DNA of 64,000 nt, taken from positions 352,001-416,000 of the forward strand of contig CAWJIM010000024.1 of the NCBI GenBank assembly GCA_963842945.1. Reading direction: 5' to 3'. Shown piece after piece: positions 32,971 to 44,392 of this stretch (positions within the stretch are counted from its first letter, which is position 1; every line of letters begins with the position of its first letter). This DNA comes from an uncultured Gemmatimonadales bacterium (GTDB lineage: Bacteria; Gemmatimonadota; Gemmatimonadetes; Gemmatimonadales; GWC2-71-9). Under the pieces are notes generated by a model, which worked only from the letters and a program-made list of their open reading frames with translations, searched no databases and was not told where the DNA came from. Made by a program: the position numbers and the translations under genes.

Positions 32971-34413
32971 TTACTGTTTCTTTTCGCCACCGGCTGCCGG
33001 CCAGCTGCCGCCCAGTGCCTTGTACAGAGCCGCGTAAGCAGTCGCCGCATCGGTCCGGCTCTGCGCCAGCTGATCCTGCGCCTCGAGCTGAGTCCGCTCG
33101 GCATCGAGCACCTGCAGGAAGTCGGCGACTCCGCCGGTAAAGCGCAATCTTGCCAGCTCCGCGGCGCGCGCGCTCGCGTCGGCCGCGTCCCGCAACCGGT
33201 CCAGCCGGCTGCGGGCGGTCCGATAGCGAACCAGCGAGGTCTCGACGTCCTGCAGAGCGCGGAGCACGGTAGCATCGTACTGCGCCTGAGCCTCGCTCTC
33301 CCGGGCGCGTGACTGGTCCACCCTGGCCTTGACCCTTCCCAGATTAAGCGCCGGCCACGAAATGATCGGACCGACCGCATACCGGAATGTCCCCTGGTCT
33401 CCCAGCGCGTCGAACTGGCTCGAGGCGTACCCCGCACTGCCACCAAGGCTGAGGCGCGGGAGGTAATCTGCCTTAGCAGCCCCCACCAGCGCTCGCTCCA
33501 CCGCAACCTGGCGTTCCGCGGCAGCCACATCGGGCCTGCGCCGGATCACCGTGTCCGGAGTAGAGATGCCGGTGAGATCAGGGAAGTCCGGCAGGGGCGC
33601 CGGTTTCTCCAGCTCCGCCGCAACCGCGGCGGGGGAGCGCCCCACCAGCACGCCGATCTGATACTGCGCCTCACGTACTCGCGATTCGAGATCCGGGATC
33701 GACGCCAGCGTGGTGCTGAGCTGCGCCTGCGCCCGCTCGGTATCGAACGCGGTGCCACGCCCGGCCTCAAGCCGCTCTCGGGTCAGGCCGAAGGTCCGGC
33801 GCTGATTCTCCGCGTTCCTGACCGCTACCGCGAGTTGCTCCTGCGCTCCCCGCAGATCAAAGTACGCTCGCGCCAGCTCGGCGGTGAGGGAGATCTGGAC
33901 GAACCGAAGGTCCTCCTGGTTCGCCTCGACCAACGCTCCCTGCGCCTGCACGTTGTGTCGCACCCTGCCGAAGAGATCCAGCTCCCATGACGCATCGAAT
34001 CCACCATCCCAGATGTTCTGATCGGGAAACCGCTGAGAGCCGATTGCGACGGGGAATTGGGCCCCCGACAGGCGCTGCCGGGTGTAGCTCGCGGCAAATG
34101 TCACCGTCGGAACGAAGTCCAGCTTCGCTTCCGTCCGCGCTGCCCGCGCACCGCGTACCCGCGCCTCGGCCGCCTGGACATCCAGGTTGGCGCGAGCCAG
34201 CTGATTGATCAGTCGAGTCAGCGTAGTGTCTCCCAGGTCCGGCCAGTTCAGCAGCACGGCACTGTCCGAGGGGGCCGCCGCGACGGCGATCGTGGTATCC
34301 CGGGTCTCCCGGAAAGCCGCCGGCGGCGGGACATCTGAGGCTCGATAGCCTGGCGCAGAGGCACAGCCCAGAGCCGGCAGAACCAGCGAGGAAAGCAATG
34401 CCGCCTTATGCAT
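32971..34413 (-). CDS. RND efflux outer membrane factor (NodT/OprN-like)
   Basis: Lipobox ALGC; SWELDLFGR, RRPDVAAAER and LYKALGGSW motifs. Confidence 0.92.
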   Translation of the reverse strand: MHKAALLSSLVLPALGCASAPGYRASDVPPPAAFRETRDTTIAVAAAPSDSAVLLNWPDLGDTTLTRLINQLARANLDVQAAEARVRGARAARTEAKLDFVPTVTFAASYTRQRLSGAQFPVAIGSQRFPDQNIWDGGFDASWELDLFGRVRHNVQAQGALVEANQEDLRFVQISLTAELARAYFDLRGAQEQLAVAVRNAENQRRTFGLTRERLEAGRGTAFDTERAQAQLSTTLASIPDLESRVREAQYQIGVLVGRSPAAVAAELEKPAPLPDFPDLTGISTPDTVIRRRPDVAAAERQVAVERALVGAAKADYLPRLSLGGSAGYASSQFDALGDQGTFRYAVGPIISWPALNLGRVKARVDQSRARESEAQAQYDATVLRALQDVETSLVRYRTARSRLDRLRDAADASARAAELARLRFTGGVADFLQVLDAERTQLEAQDQLAQSRTDAATAYAALYKALGGSWPAAGGEKKQ

Positions 34414-37400
34414 GTTTCGACTCCTCATCGTGAGCCGGCTGCAGCGCGAACTGCTGAGCCCGCCGGGTGCGCCGCTCCAGCATTCCCTGGAGCACCACGT
34501 AGAACACGGGCGTGAGCACCAGACCGAAGAAGGTCACTCCCAGCATTCCCGAGAACACCGCCACGCCCATCGCGTGCCGCATCTCGGCCCCGGCCCCGCT
34601 GGAGAACACCAGTGGAAGCACACCCATGATGAAGGCGAAAGAGGTCATCAGGATCGGCCGCAGCCTGATGCGGGACGCCTCCAGGGCCGAGTCGATCACC
34701 GACCGTCCCTGCAGGTGGAGCTCGCGGGCGAACTCCACGATCAGGATCGCGTTCTTGCAGGCGAGCCCGATCAGCACCAGGAACCCGATCTGGGTGAAGA
34801 TGTTGTTGTCGCCCTTGGTGAGCCACACGCCACCGATGGCGCAGAGCAGCGACATCGGAACGATCAGGATCACCGCCAGCGGCAACGTCCAGCTCTCGTA
34901 CTGGGCCGCGAGGACCAGTAGCACGAGCAGTACGCAGAGCGGAAAGATGAATACCGCCGTGCTCCCGGCCAGCTTCTGCTGGTAGGTCAGGTCGGTCCAC
35001 TCGTAGCCGATGCCGTTGGGCAGCACCTCGTGCAAGATCCCTTCGATTGCGTCCTGCGCCTGGCCGGAGCTGAATCCGGGAGCCGGGCCGCCATTGATGT
35101 CAGCAGCGGGATAGCCGTTGTAGCGGGTGCTCTGATCGGGGCCGTGCGACTGCTTGACCTGCACCACGGAGCCGAGCGGTATCATCGCACCTGCTGCGTT
35201 GCGCACCTTGAGCTGCGCGATGTTGTCGGCGCTGGCGCGGAACGGCGCGTCCGCCTGCACCTTCACCTGATAGGTCCGGCCGAATTTGTTGAAGTCGTTG
35301 ACGTACACCGACCCGAGATACGCTTGCATGGTCTGGAACAGGTCGGTGAGTACGATGCCTTCGCGCTTGACCTTCTCCCGATCGACCTCGACCTCGAGCT
35401 GCGGCACGTTCACCCGGTAGCCGCTGAAGACACCGGCCAACGCAGGAGTCTGATATGCCTTCCCGATCACTGCCTGGGTGGCGTCGTTGAGCGCCGTCTC
35501 TCCCAGTCCGGCGCGATCCTCCAGCTCCAGCTTGAAGCCACCTACTGTTCCCAGCCCATTTACCGGCGGCGGCGGGAACACCGCCACGAATGCGTCCTGG
35601 ATTCCCGCAAACTTGCCCATCAGCGCCCCGGCGATGTTCAGCCCGTACTCGGCCTTCCCATGCCGCTCTTCGAACGGCTTGAGGGTGAAGAAGACGATGC
35701 CCGCGTTGGGGGCGTTGACGAAGCCGTTAATGGATAAGCCCGGGAACTGCACCGCATTCTCGACCCCCGGCTGCTTGCTCCCGATCTCCGACATCTGCCG
35801 GATGACTTTTTCGGTGCGGTCGAGCGTCGCCCCATCGGGGAGTTGGGCAAAGGCGACGAGATACTGTTTGTCTTGAGTTGGCACGAAACCCTTCGGCACC
35901 TTGGAGAAGCCGAAGACCGTGAGCGCGATCAGTCCGGCATAGACTGCGAGCACCAGTCCCTTCCGACCCAAGACCCGGCTCACCGCCGAGCTGTAGCTCG
36001 CGGAGCCTCGGCTGAATGCCCGGTTGAACGGCCGGAACAGCCAGCCGAAGGAGCGGTCCAGCACCCGGGTGAGACGGTCGGGCGGCGCGCCGTGCGGTTT
36101 CAGAAGAATCGCACTGAGCGCCGGTGACAAAGTGAGCGAATTGATCGCGGAGATAACGGTGGAGAACGCGATCGTGAGCGCGAACTGGCGGTAAAACTCG
36201 CCGGTTAAACCACTCAGGAATGCCACCGGCACGAATACGGCGCAGAGCACCAGCATGATCGCGATGATCGGCCGGCTCACCTCGTCCATCGCCTTGTGGG
36301 CGGCGTCCCGGGGCGAGAGGCCCGCTTCGATATTCCGCTCCACGTTCTCCACCACCACGATGGCATCGTCCACCACGATGCCGATGGCCAGCACCAGCCC
36401 GAACAGCGAGAGGGTGTTGATGGAGAAACCGAACATCAGCAGGATGGCGAACGTGCCGACGATGGAGACCGGCACCGCCACCAGCGGTATGACCGACGCC
36501 CGCCAGGTCTGGAGGAACAACACCACGACCAACACCACCAGCAGGATGGCCTCGAACAGCGTCTTCACCACCTCGCGGATGCCGTCGCGCACGTTGATCG
36601 TGGGATCGTAGACGATCCGATACTCCACGCCCTGGGGGAAGTTCTTCCTGAGCTCCTCCATGGTCGCGCGCACCGTGCTCGAGAGCTGAAGGGCATTGGA
36701 GCCCGGCGCCTGGAAGATTCCGATGCCGACCGCTTCCTTCCCATTCAGCAGTGAGCGAAGCGCGTAGTCGCCCGCCGCCAGCTCCAGCCGGGCCACGTCG
36801 CGGAGCCGGGTGATCTCGCCGTTGTCGCCGGTCTTGAGGATGATGTCGCCGAACTCCTCCTCGTTAGCGAGACGGCCCCGCGCGTTGATGCTGAGCTGGT
36901 AGTCCACCGGCGTCGGCATCGGAGGGGCGCCAACCACTCCGGCCGCCACCTGGACGTTCTGCTCCCGGATCGCGTTCACCACGTCGGTCGCGCTGAGACC
37001 CCGAGCGGCAACCTTGCCCGGATCGAGCCACACCCGCATGGCATAGTCCCCGCCGCCGAAGACCTGCACCTGTCCAATTCCGGGAATGCGGGCGAGGACA
37101 TCTTTCACCTGCAATAATCCGTAATTGCGGAGATAGGTCACATCATAGCGGTTGTCGGGCGAGAGCAGGTGCACCACCATGATGAAGTTGGGTGAGCTCT
37201 TCACCGTGGTGACGCCGAGCTGGCGAACCTCCTCCGGCAAACGCGGCAGCGCCTGGCTCACCCGGTTCTGCACCTGCACCTGCGCCAGATCGACATCGGT
37301 GCCGACCCGGAAGGTCACGGTGAGCGTGAGCACGCCGTCCGAGGTGGCCTGCGAATTCATGTACAGCATGTTCTCGACGCCGTTGATCTGCTCTTCCAGC

Positions 37401-37597
37401 GGGGTGGCCACCGCCTCCGAAATCACCCGAGGATTGGCGCCGGGATAGACCGCGCGCACCACTACGGATGGTGGCACCACCTCGGGGTACTCACTGATGG
37501 GCAAGCCGAACATCGCGATCAGGCCGGCGATGAAGATCACGATCGACACCACGGCCGCGAAGATCGGCCGGTCGATGAAGAAGCGGGAGAATCGCAT
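34406..37597 (-). CDS. RND efflux permease (HAE1, MexF-like)
   Basis: 1063 aa; FFIDRPIFA, GIVVDDAIVVVENVER and RLRPILMTS motifs. Confidence 0.95.
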   Translation of the reverse strand: MRFSRFFIDRPIFAAVVSIVIFIAGLIAMFGLPISEYPEVVPPSVVVRAVYPGANPRVISEAVATPLEEQINGVENMLYMNSQATSDGVLTLTVTFRVGTDVDLAQVQVQNRVSQALPRLPEEVRQLGVTTVKSSPNFIMVVHLLSPDNRYDVTYLRNYGLLQVKDVLARIPGIGQVQVFGGGDYAMRVWLDPGKVAARGLSATDVVNAIREQNVQVAAGVVGAPPMPTPVDYQLSINARGRLANEEEFGDIILKTGDNGEITRLRDVARLELAAGDYALRSLLNGKEAVGIGIFQAPGSNALQLSSTVRATMEELRKNFPQGVEYRIVYDPTINVRDGIREVVKTLFEAILLVVLVVVLFLQTWRASVIPLVAVPVSIVGTFAILLMFGFSINTLSLFGLVLAIGIVVDDAIVVVENVERNIEAGLSPRDAAHKAMDEVSRPIIAIMLVLCAVFVPVAFLSGLTGEFYRQFALTIAFSTVISAINSLTLSPALSAILLKPHGAPPDRLTRVLDRSFGWLFRPFNRAFSRGSASYSSAVSRVLGRKGLVLAVYAGLIALTVFGFSKVPKGFVPTQDKQYLVAFAQLPDGATLDRTEKVIRQMSEIGSKQPGVENAVQFPGLSINGFVNAPNAGIVFFTLKPFEERHGKAEYGLNIAGALMGKFAGIQDAFVAVFPPPPVNGLGTVGGFKLELEDRAGLGETALNDATQAVIGKAYQTPALAGVFSGYRVNVPQLEVEVDREKVKREGIVLTDLFQTMQAYLGSVYVNDFNKFGRTYQVKVQADAPFRASADNIAQLKVRNAAGAMIPLGSVVQVKQSHGPDQSTRYNGYPAADINGGPAPGFSSGQAQDAIEGILHEVLPNGIGYEWTDLTYQQKLAGSTAVFIFPLCVLLVLLVLAAQYESWTLPLAVILIVPMSLLCAIGGVWLTKGDNNIFTQIGFLVLIGLACKNAILIVEFARELHLQGRSVIDSALEASRIRLRPILMTSFAFIMGVLPLVFSSGAGAEMRHAMGVAVFSGMLGVTFFGLVLTPVFYVVLQGMLERRTRRAQQFALQPAHDEESKHA

Positions 37598-37599
37598 GG

Positions 37600-38791
37600 C
37601 TACTTTCCTTGTCCCGCGGCCGGTGCTGCCGAATCAGCCGCCGTCATCTCGCTCAGTGTGGGAGCCACCTTCATCCCGGGCCGGACCCGCATCAGGCCAT
37701 TCACTACTACCTTCTCGTTGGGCTGCAACCCCGAGTCGATGATGCGGAGCCCGTCCACCAGCCGACCCGGCACCACCGGCCGATAGACCAGCGTGTCGCC
37801 CGGTCCAACCACCAGAACGAACTTCCGGTCCTGGTCGGTGCCGATAGCGGCGTCGCGGACCAGGAGCGCCTTCCGCTTGTGGTCGCCCACCAGCTTGACC
37901 CGGGCGAACAAGCCTGGAGTCAGCGCCCGGGACTTGTTGGAGAAGACCGCGCGGGTCCGGATGGTGCCGGTGTTGGGATCGATCTGATTGTCCACGAAGT
38001 CGAGCTGCCCCTCGTGGGGATAGCCGTCCTCGTTGGCCAGGCCCAGGTAGACCGGAAGCTTGGCCGTGCGCCAGTTGGCGCCGTTGCCGCGGGCCCGGCC
38101 GGCATAGCGTAGGTAGGTCTGCTCGTCGCTGTCGAAGTAGACATACATCGGGTCGAGCGACACGACGGTGGTGAGCAGCGTGCGTCGGTGAACCGGCCTG
38201 AACCAGGTTGCCCGGCGTCACCAGCGCGTTGCTCACCCGGCCGCTAATGGGTGAGCGAACCCGGGTCCACTCCAGGTTGAGCCGCGCAGTCTCAACCGCG
38301 GCTTCCGCTGCCCTCACGCTGGCACCGCCCTGCGCCTCGGCGCTGGTGCGACTGTCGTATTCCTCACGAGAAATGGCTTGGGCCTTCACCAGCGGGTCTG
38401 CCCGCCTGACGTCACTCGCCGCCAGCGCGGCGGCCGACCTGGCGCGCTCCAGCTCCGCCTGCGCCCGGTCCAGGTCAGCCTGGTAAGGCCGAGGATCGAT
38501 CTCGAAGAGCACCTCGCCTTTCCGAACCTCGCGGCCCTCGGTGAAGGCCACCCGCTGGATATAGCCGGAGACGCGAGGCCGGATGTCGACCTGATCCACC
38601 GCCTGGAGCCGGCCGGTGAACTCATCCCATTCAGAGATTTCCCGCTCCGGCACCGGAGCGACCGTGACCGGCCTGAAGCGGAGGGGCGGCGGGGGCTTTG
38701 TCCTCTGCCCGGCTGTTGAGGGTCAGCGCTGCCAGCGAGATAACGACCACTCCAAGCGCCGCCTGCTAAAAACGATTCGCCGAGTCCGCAT
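37600..38791 (-). CDS. RND periplasmic adaptor (MexE-like), frameshifted
   Basis: EWDEFTGRL.AVDQVDIRPRVSGY, GQLDFVDNQIDPNTGTIR and GTDQDRKFV motifs; start uncertain. Confidence 0.85.
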
Positions 38792-38916
38792 GATTGGCCT
38801 TGCCTCCAGAAAGAAATTCGCGTCTTTGCTTCGCCCCATCTTCTCGTCGTTCGGGGCCAGCCCGGATTCGACCAACTTGGGCGGCCCAGCGCCTGCTGTT
38901 ACACGACCGGTACGAT

Positions 38917-38936
38917 AGTTCGATAATCATCGAACT
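38917..38936. promoter_or_regulatory. Palindromic operator upstream of the efflux operon
   Basis: AGTTCGAT-aatc-ATCGAACT, perfect 8-bp arms. Confidence 0.7.
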
Positions 38937-38978
38937 CTATGCTACAAAAAAACTTCCGCGCCTTCGTCCACATGGATT

Positions 38979-39305
38979 TCAGGCGACGGAAGTCTTCAGT
39001 TTTCCGCCGGCCCGGCGCAGCAGCTCGGCGGCATAGGCTTCCAGCACGTCTCGGCGAACCTCGCAGCTCAGGAACTGTCCCTCACGGTGGGCCTCGACCA
39101 GGCCGGCACGGACCAACTCTTTGATGTGGTGCGAGATGGTGGCCTTGGAGACGGGAAATTCCTCCCGGAGCTTGGTGCAGGCGCACGCCCTCTCCCCGGC
39201 GATCACCTCGAGCACCTGCATTCGCCTGGGATCGGCGAGCGCTTTGGCGATCAGTTCGAACTGCTTCTCGGTCAGGCTCGACCGTCCGGCACCAGTGTTT
39301 TTCAC
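38979..39305 (-). CDS. ArsR/SmtB family transcriptional regulator
   Basis: KALADPRR, ACACT and SKATISHHIKELVRAGLV motifs. Confidence 0.9.
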   Translation of the reverse strand: MKNTGAGRSSLTEKQFELIAKALADPRRMQVLEVIAGERACACTKLREEFPVSKATISHHIKELVRAGLVEAHREGQFLSCEVRRDVLEAYAAELLRRAGGKLKTSVA

Positions 39306-39326
39306 AGTTCAATGGTTATCGAACTG
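39305..39326. promoter_or_regulatory. Second operator copy abutting the arsR start codon
   Basis: CAGTTCAAT-ggtt-ATCGAACTG; minus-strand TTGACA at 39341-39336. Confidence 0.7.
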
Positions 39327-39678
39327 TCTTCCTGCTGTCAAGGGAGGTGAGAGCCTGCCCTACTTTTTGAGTATTGACAGCAGTTACCCCAACTCCCATC
39401 GTAGAAGTACGCCGCGAGCATACGAAGACGAGATGGCGTCGCAACGGCGTTCCATTCCTCGCGACCTGTAGTTTCCCCCGCAAACCGTTCAGCATCGCAA
39501 GACCGGCTCTTTCCATAGCGCTGGCTCTCTAGCGCGCAGCAGTCGTGACCTTCCCCGGTCACCGGCTCTGGCTCCGGCTTGGAGATTCTCGAAGCCGCGC
39601 GGCACGCGTGTCTCCTCGAGCGGCGATCGCCGCAGCGCCTGGCCGGGCATCCCTCTCACGCGAGCGGCAGGAGATATT

Positions 39679-41128
39679 ATGTCGCGGCTACACTATGCCA
39701 TCATACTGGCCGGCATTTTTGCCTGTACCGATCAAACCGAGCCTCCTCCGGCAGCGAGCCAGCCCGAGGATGTGGCACTGGACGACAATGTGTCGGGTGT
39801 CGAGCTGGAGCTCGATGCCGGGAGAATAGATCGGGAGGCTCACACCGCGCTGTCTGGCGGCGCGACCACCGTCTTCCGGGAAGACGACGAGGCCTTCGAG
39901 ACCGCGGCGCCGAATCTGGCTGGGCTGAACCTCGCAAAACATGAGGCGGGCGACGTGGCGTTCGAGCTGGAGCATGTCGCCGGGTCGGATCCAGCGAATG
40001 GAGGCCTGGGTCCCGTCTTCGACAACGTGTCCTGCGAGGGATGTCATCTGGGTGATGGACGCGGCCGTCCACCGGAAGACGGCCTCGAGTTTCTCCTCGA
40101 TGCTGTTTCGCTCCAGCATCACGGGCCAGGATGCGAACGGTGGTCCTCTGGGAATACCGGGAGGGTTCGGCGGCCAGTTGCAGACGCGGGGGATAGCCCC
40201 AGACCAGGCCGACATTCAGGCCTCGGTGTACTACACACCGACCGAAGGAAGCTTCGCTGACGGAACCAAGTTCCAGTTGCAGGTTCCGCAGTACACACTC
40301 ACCGGACTTTATCCCGGCCTGGCCGTTGGCTTCCTGTTCTCACCTCGAGTCGCACCCGTGGTGTTTGGTCTGGGACTGCTCGAGGCCGTCCCCGCTCTGG
40401 GCATACTCGCCCGCGCGGATCCCCGTGACTTCAATCGCGATGGGATCTCGGGTCGGGCAAACGTCGTCTTCGATGCGGTTCACCGGCGGCAGGCGGTCGG
40501 CCGGTTTGGCTGGAAGGCGAATACTCCGAACCTGCTGCAGCAGACCGCGGGCGCCTACAATGGCGACATGGGCGTGACCTCGGACCTGTTCCCGAGCGAG
40601 TCCTGCGCCGGCCGAACCGGGACGAGCTGTAACACCAGTCATGTCGAGGTGAGTGCGGATATCGTCGGGAATGTCGCGTTCTATACTCAGACGCTCGCCG
40701 TTCCGGCCCGACGTAACCTCAACGATCCAACCACCCGGAGGGGCGAGTACCTGTTCTATGCCTCCGGCTGCGATGGCTGCCACACTCCGACGCTGCGTAC
40801 TGGCCGATTGCAGGGCGTGCCGGAGGTTTCGGGCCAGGTCATCCATCCGTATACCGATCTTCTGGTCCATGACATGGGGCCCGATCTGGCCGACGGTCGT
40901 CCCGACTTCCAGGCATCAGGCAGCGAGTGGCGCACACCGCCGCTCTGGGGCATCGGCTTGGTGGAGACCGTCAACGGGCACAGCCGTTTTCTGCACGACG
41001 GGCGGGCCGGCTCGCTGATGGAAGCGATACTCTGGCATGGAGGAGAGGCCACCCGGGCGCGCGATCGGGTCAAGGCACTGAGCCAACCGGACCGAGACGC
41101 CCTGATCGCGTTCTTGAAATCGCTGTAG
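39679..41128 (+). CDS. Di-heme oxidoreductase family (DHOR/DUF1111) lipoprotein, frameshift ~40095
   Basis: GLGPVFDNVSCEGCH..DGRG, GRFGWKA, CDGCH, WRTPPLWG and LHDGRA motifs. Confidence 0.85.
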
Positions 41129-41130
41129 AA

Positions 41131-41631
41131 CTACTCGAGGCTGAGCACGACTGGCTCGTCGCTTCCGGGTTCTAGCTGCGGGTAGCGGTCAAGGATACGG
41201 GCACAGGTGTTCCAGCGGAGGATCGCTTCGTCGTTCCCCGCAGGGCGCTGGGACTCGGCCTTCTCGTACCAACTCATCGCATCCCGGAACCACTGATAGG
41301 CCATTTGCCCCGACCTTGGCATGCCGGATCGAAGCTGTGCCTTGGCGCAGCGCTCGCAGATGATGCCCGCGTAGTAGGCCCGCTTGTATTCGTCCTGCAG
41401 GCGGGGCAAGACCTCCCGTGCGCGGCGCACACCCTCGCTGGGCGCCGGCCCGAACTGGTCGGTGATCGCGAGGAGGAGAATAACGAGGGCCTGCTGGTTC
41501 TCCGGACTCACCGCCAGGATATCCAGGCAGATGCTCTCGGCCGAGCTGGGGTCGTTGATGATCCGGTAGCGCTCCGCCTTCTGCATTGCGGCGGGGATGC
41601 CTTCTTTGGAGATCGGCTTCGGTTCGAACAT
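41131..41631 (-). CDS. Hypothetical helical protein at the end of the sdh operon
   Basis: KAERYRIINDP..AESICLDIL...YYAGIICER...NDEAILRWNTCAR. Confidence 0.7.
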   Translation of the reverse strand: MFEPKPISKEGIPAAMQKAERYRIINDPSSAESICLDILAVSPENQQALVILLLAITDQFGPAPSEGVRRAREVLPRLQDEYKRAYYAGIICERCAKAQLRSGMPRSGQMAYQWFRDAMSWYEKAESQRPAGNDEAILRWNTCARILDRYPQLEPGSDEPVVLSLE

Positions 41632-41651
41632 GGCTTCTCTCGAGTCGAGAG

Positions 41652-42501
41652 TCACGACTTCCTGCTGAAGATCTTCACCAGCTTCCCTAGCGGGTCGAAG
41701 AATTCATCGACCACCCGCTCCTTGAGCGGAATGATCGCGTTATCGGTGATGGTGATGTGCTCCGGGCAGACCTTGGTGCAGCACTTGGTGATATTGCAAT
41801 ACCCGATGCCGTGGGCCCGGCGAAGCTCCTCGATCCGGTCCTCCACATCGAGGGGATGCATTTCCAGCGCGGCGACGTGGACCAGGAATCGGGGACCGAT
41901 GAAATCGTCATGAAGGTGATGGTCCCGCAGCACGTGGCAGACGTCCTGGCAAAGAAAACATTCGATGCATTTCCGGAACTCCTGAACCCGGTCGACGTCC
42001 GACTGATCCATGCGCCAGGTGCCATCAGGGGCGTCCGCGGCGCGTGGTGTGAACGGCTTGATGCGCTGCTTCACCTTGAAGTTCCAGGAGACGTCGGTGA
42101 CCAGGTCCTTCACCGGAGGGAAGGCGCGCATCGGCTCGACCGTCACCGGCTTCGTCCAGCGGCAACTCGCTCAGCCGCGTCATGCACATGAGTTTGGGCG
42201 ACCCGTTCACCTCGGCCGAGCAGGAGCCGCATTTGCCGGCCTTACAATTCCAGCGCACCGCGAGATCGTTGGCCTGTTCGGCCTGGATCTGGTGAATGAC
42301 ATCGAGCACCACCATTCCCGGGGAAATCGTGGTGGTGTAGTCCACCAGCTTCCCTCCCTGCTGATCGCCGCGCCACACCCGGAACACGGCTCGACCGCTG
42401 GGCTCGGGCTTGGACTGGGGGGGCTGTTTCTCCTGAACCTCGCCGGTCTCGGCGAGGTCGGGCTGCATCGTTTCGCCGGTAACCACACCCGGACCAGTCA
42501 T
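41652..42501 (-). CDS. sdhB: Succinate dehydrogenase/fumarate reductase Fe-S subunit (frameshift ~42155)
   Basis: CKAGKCGSC, CIECFLCQDVC and CNITKCCTKVCP motifs. Confidence 0.9.
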
Positions 42502-42518
42502 CGTTGCTCCAGAATGAG

Positions 42519-42545
42519 AGATCCTTCGCTGCGCTCAGGATGACA
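42519..42545. repeat. REP-like element half-site between sdhA and sdhB
   Basis: AGATCCTTCGCTGCGCTCAGGATGACA resembles a widespread bacterial extragenic palindrome family (from recall); single copy here. Confidence 0.45.
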
Positions 42546-42569
42546 CCGCAGCGCCGAGAGCGCCGCGTG

Positions 42570-44391
42570 TCACTTCTGCTCCTGGACGATCCGCTTGAGC
42601 TCCGGAGGCATCTCGGACACCGGCTCGCGAGAGAGCCGCATCTGGGCATCCTCTCCCTGGCGGATCACGATGTTGTAGGTTGCTCCCGCCGGGTCTTTTT
42701 CCGGATAATCCTCCCGAAAATGGCCACCCCGGCTCTCTTTCCGCTCGATGGCGGCCCGAGTGATCGCCTCCGAGACAGTGAGCAGGTTCCCCAGGTCAAG
42801 CCCGGTGTGCCAGCCCGGATTGTACTCCCGGTTCCCGCTGACGCCCACCTGGGAGGCCCGTTGCTTCAATCGGTCGATCCCCTGCAGGGCGCGCTTCATC
42901 TCCGCCTCGGTCCGCACGATCCCGACCAGCGTCTGCATCATGGTCTGCAGCTCCTGCTGCACCTGATACGGTCCCGCGCCCTCGGAGCCACCACCGCGCT
43001 CGAAGGGGGCCAGGGCGGAGCGAATGACGTCGTCCACATCGGCGAGATCGACGTCTCCCAGCCGGTTTTCCCGGGCGAATCGCGGCCGCATGGTCGCCGG
43101 CACGTTTGCCGAACACCAGGAGATCCGACAACGAGTTGCCGCCCAGCCGGTTGGCACCGTGAAGGCCGGCGGCGCACTCTCCGGCGGCAAAGAGCCCAGG
43201 CAGGGTGGTGCTCTGGCTGTCGCCGTCCACCCGGATGCCGCCCATGATGTAGTGGGTGGTCGGACCGACTTCCATCGCCGTCGTGGTGATGTCGATGTCG
43301 GCCAGCTGTTTGAACTGGTGATACATGCTGGGGAGCTTCCGGATGATGTGCTTCCGGGCATCGGGCAGCTTGCGCTTGATCCAGGAGATGTCAAGGAAGA
43401 CTCCGCCGTGCGGACTGCCTCGTCCCTCCCGTACCTCGCGGAGAATACATCGGGCAACGTGGTCGCGGGTGAGCAGCTCGGGCGGCCTCCGGGCGGTCTT
43501 GTCACCCTGGGTGTAGCGCCACCCTTCTTCTTCGTTGTCCGCGGTCTGGCTCCGGTAGTTCTCCGGAATGTCAGCGAACATGAACCGCTTGCCCTCGCGG
43601 TTCAGCAGCACGCCACCCTCGCCCCGCACACCTTCGGTGACGAGGATGCCCCGCACGCTGGGAGGCCAGATCATTCCGGTGGGATGAAACTGAACGAATT
43701 CCATATCCTGGAGCGCGGCACCGGCGTGATACGCGAGCGCATGTCCGTCTCCAGTGTACTCCCAGCTGTTGCTGGTAATCGAGTAGGCCCTTCCAATACC
43801 GCCGGTGGCGAGGACCACCGCCTTGGCGCGATAGAGACGGAACCGTCCCCGCTCCCGGTCATACCCCACAGCAGCCGTCACTCGGGCGCCATCGGTGCAC
43901 AGCTGGAGCACCGTGCACTCCATGTGCACGTCGATACCCTGATGGATGCTGTGGTCCTGGAGCGTGCGGATCATCTCCAGGCCGGTCCGATCTCCCACGT
44001 GGGCCAGTCGGGGGTACTTATGTCCTCCGAAGTTGCGCTGGAGAATGCGGCCGTCTGCGGTGCGATCGAACAGGGCGCCCCACGCCTCCAGCTCCCTGAC
44101 CCGGTCGGGCGCCTCCTTGGCATGCAGCTCGGCCATACGCCAATTGTTCACGTACTGGCCGCCCCGCATGGTGTCGGCAAAGTGGACCTTCCAGTTATCC
44201 CGGTCGTCAACATTGGCCAGTGCGGCAGCGACGCCACCCTCTGCCATGACGGTGTGCGCCTTCCCCAGGAGTGACTTGCACACCAGTCCGACCTTGGCGC
44301 CCGCCACCGACGCCGCGATCGCTGCGCGGAGCCCGGCTCCGCCGGCACCGATCACCAGGACATCGTGCTCGAAGGTCTGGTATTCGGGCAT
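42570..44391 (-). CDS. sdhA: Succinate dehydrogenase/fumarate reductase flavoprotein (frameshift ~43085)
   Basis: GAGGAG, AHTVMAEGG, QFHPTG, TEGVRGEGG, HGANRLGGNSL and ESRGGH motifs. Confidence 0.92.
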
Positions 44392-44392
44392 C

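Noticed and set aside
39400..39678. Riboswitch or leader peptide (MASQRRSIPRDL) upstream of the di-heme protein
   Set aside because: I could not recognise a riboswitch consensus or attenuator by eye; an Rfam/Infernal scan is needed.
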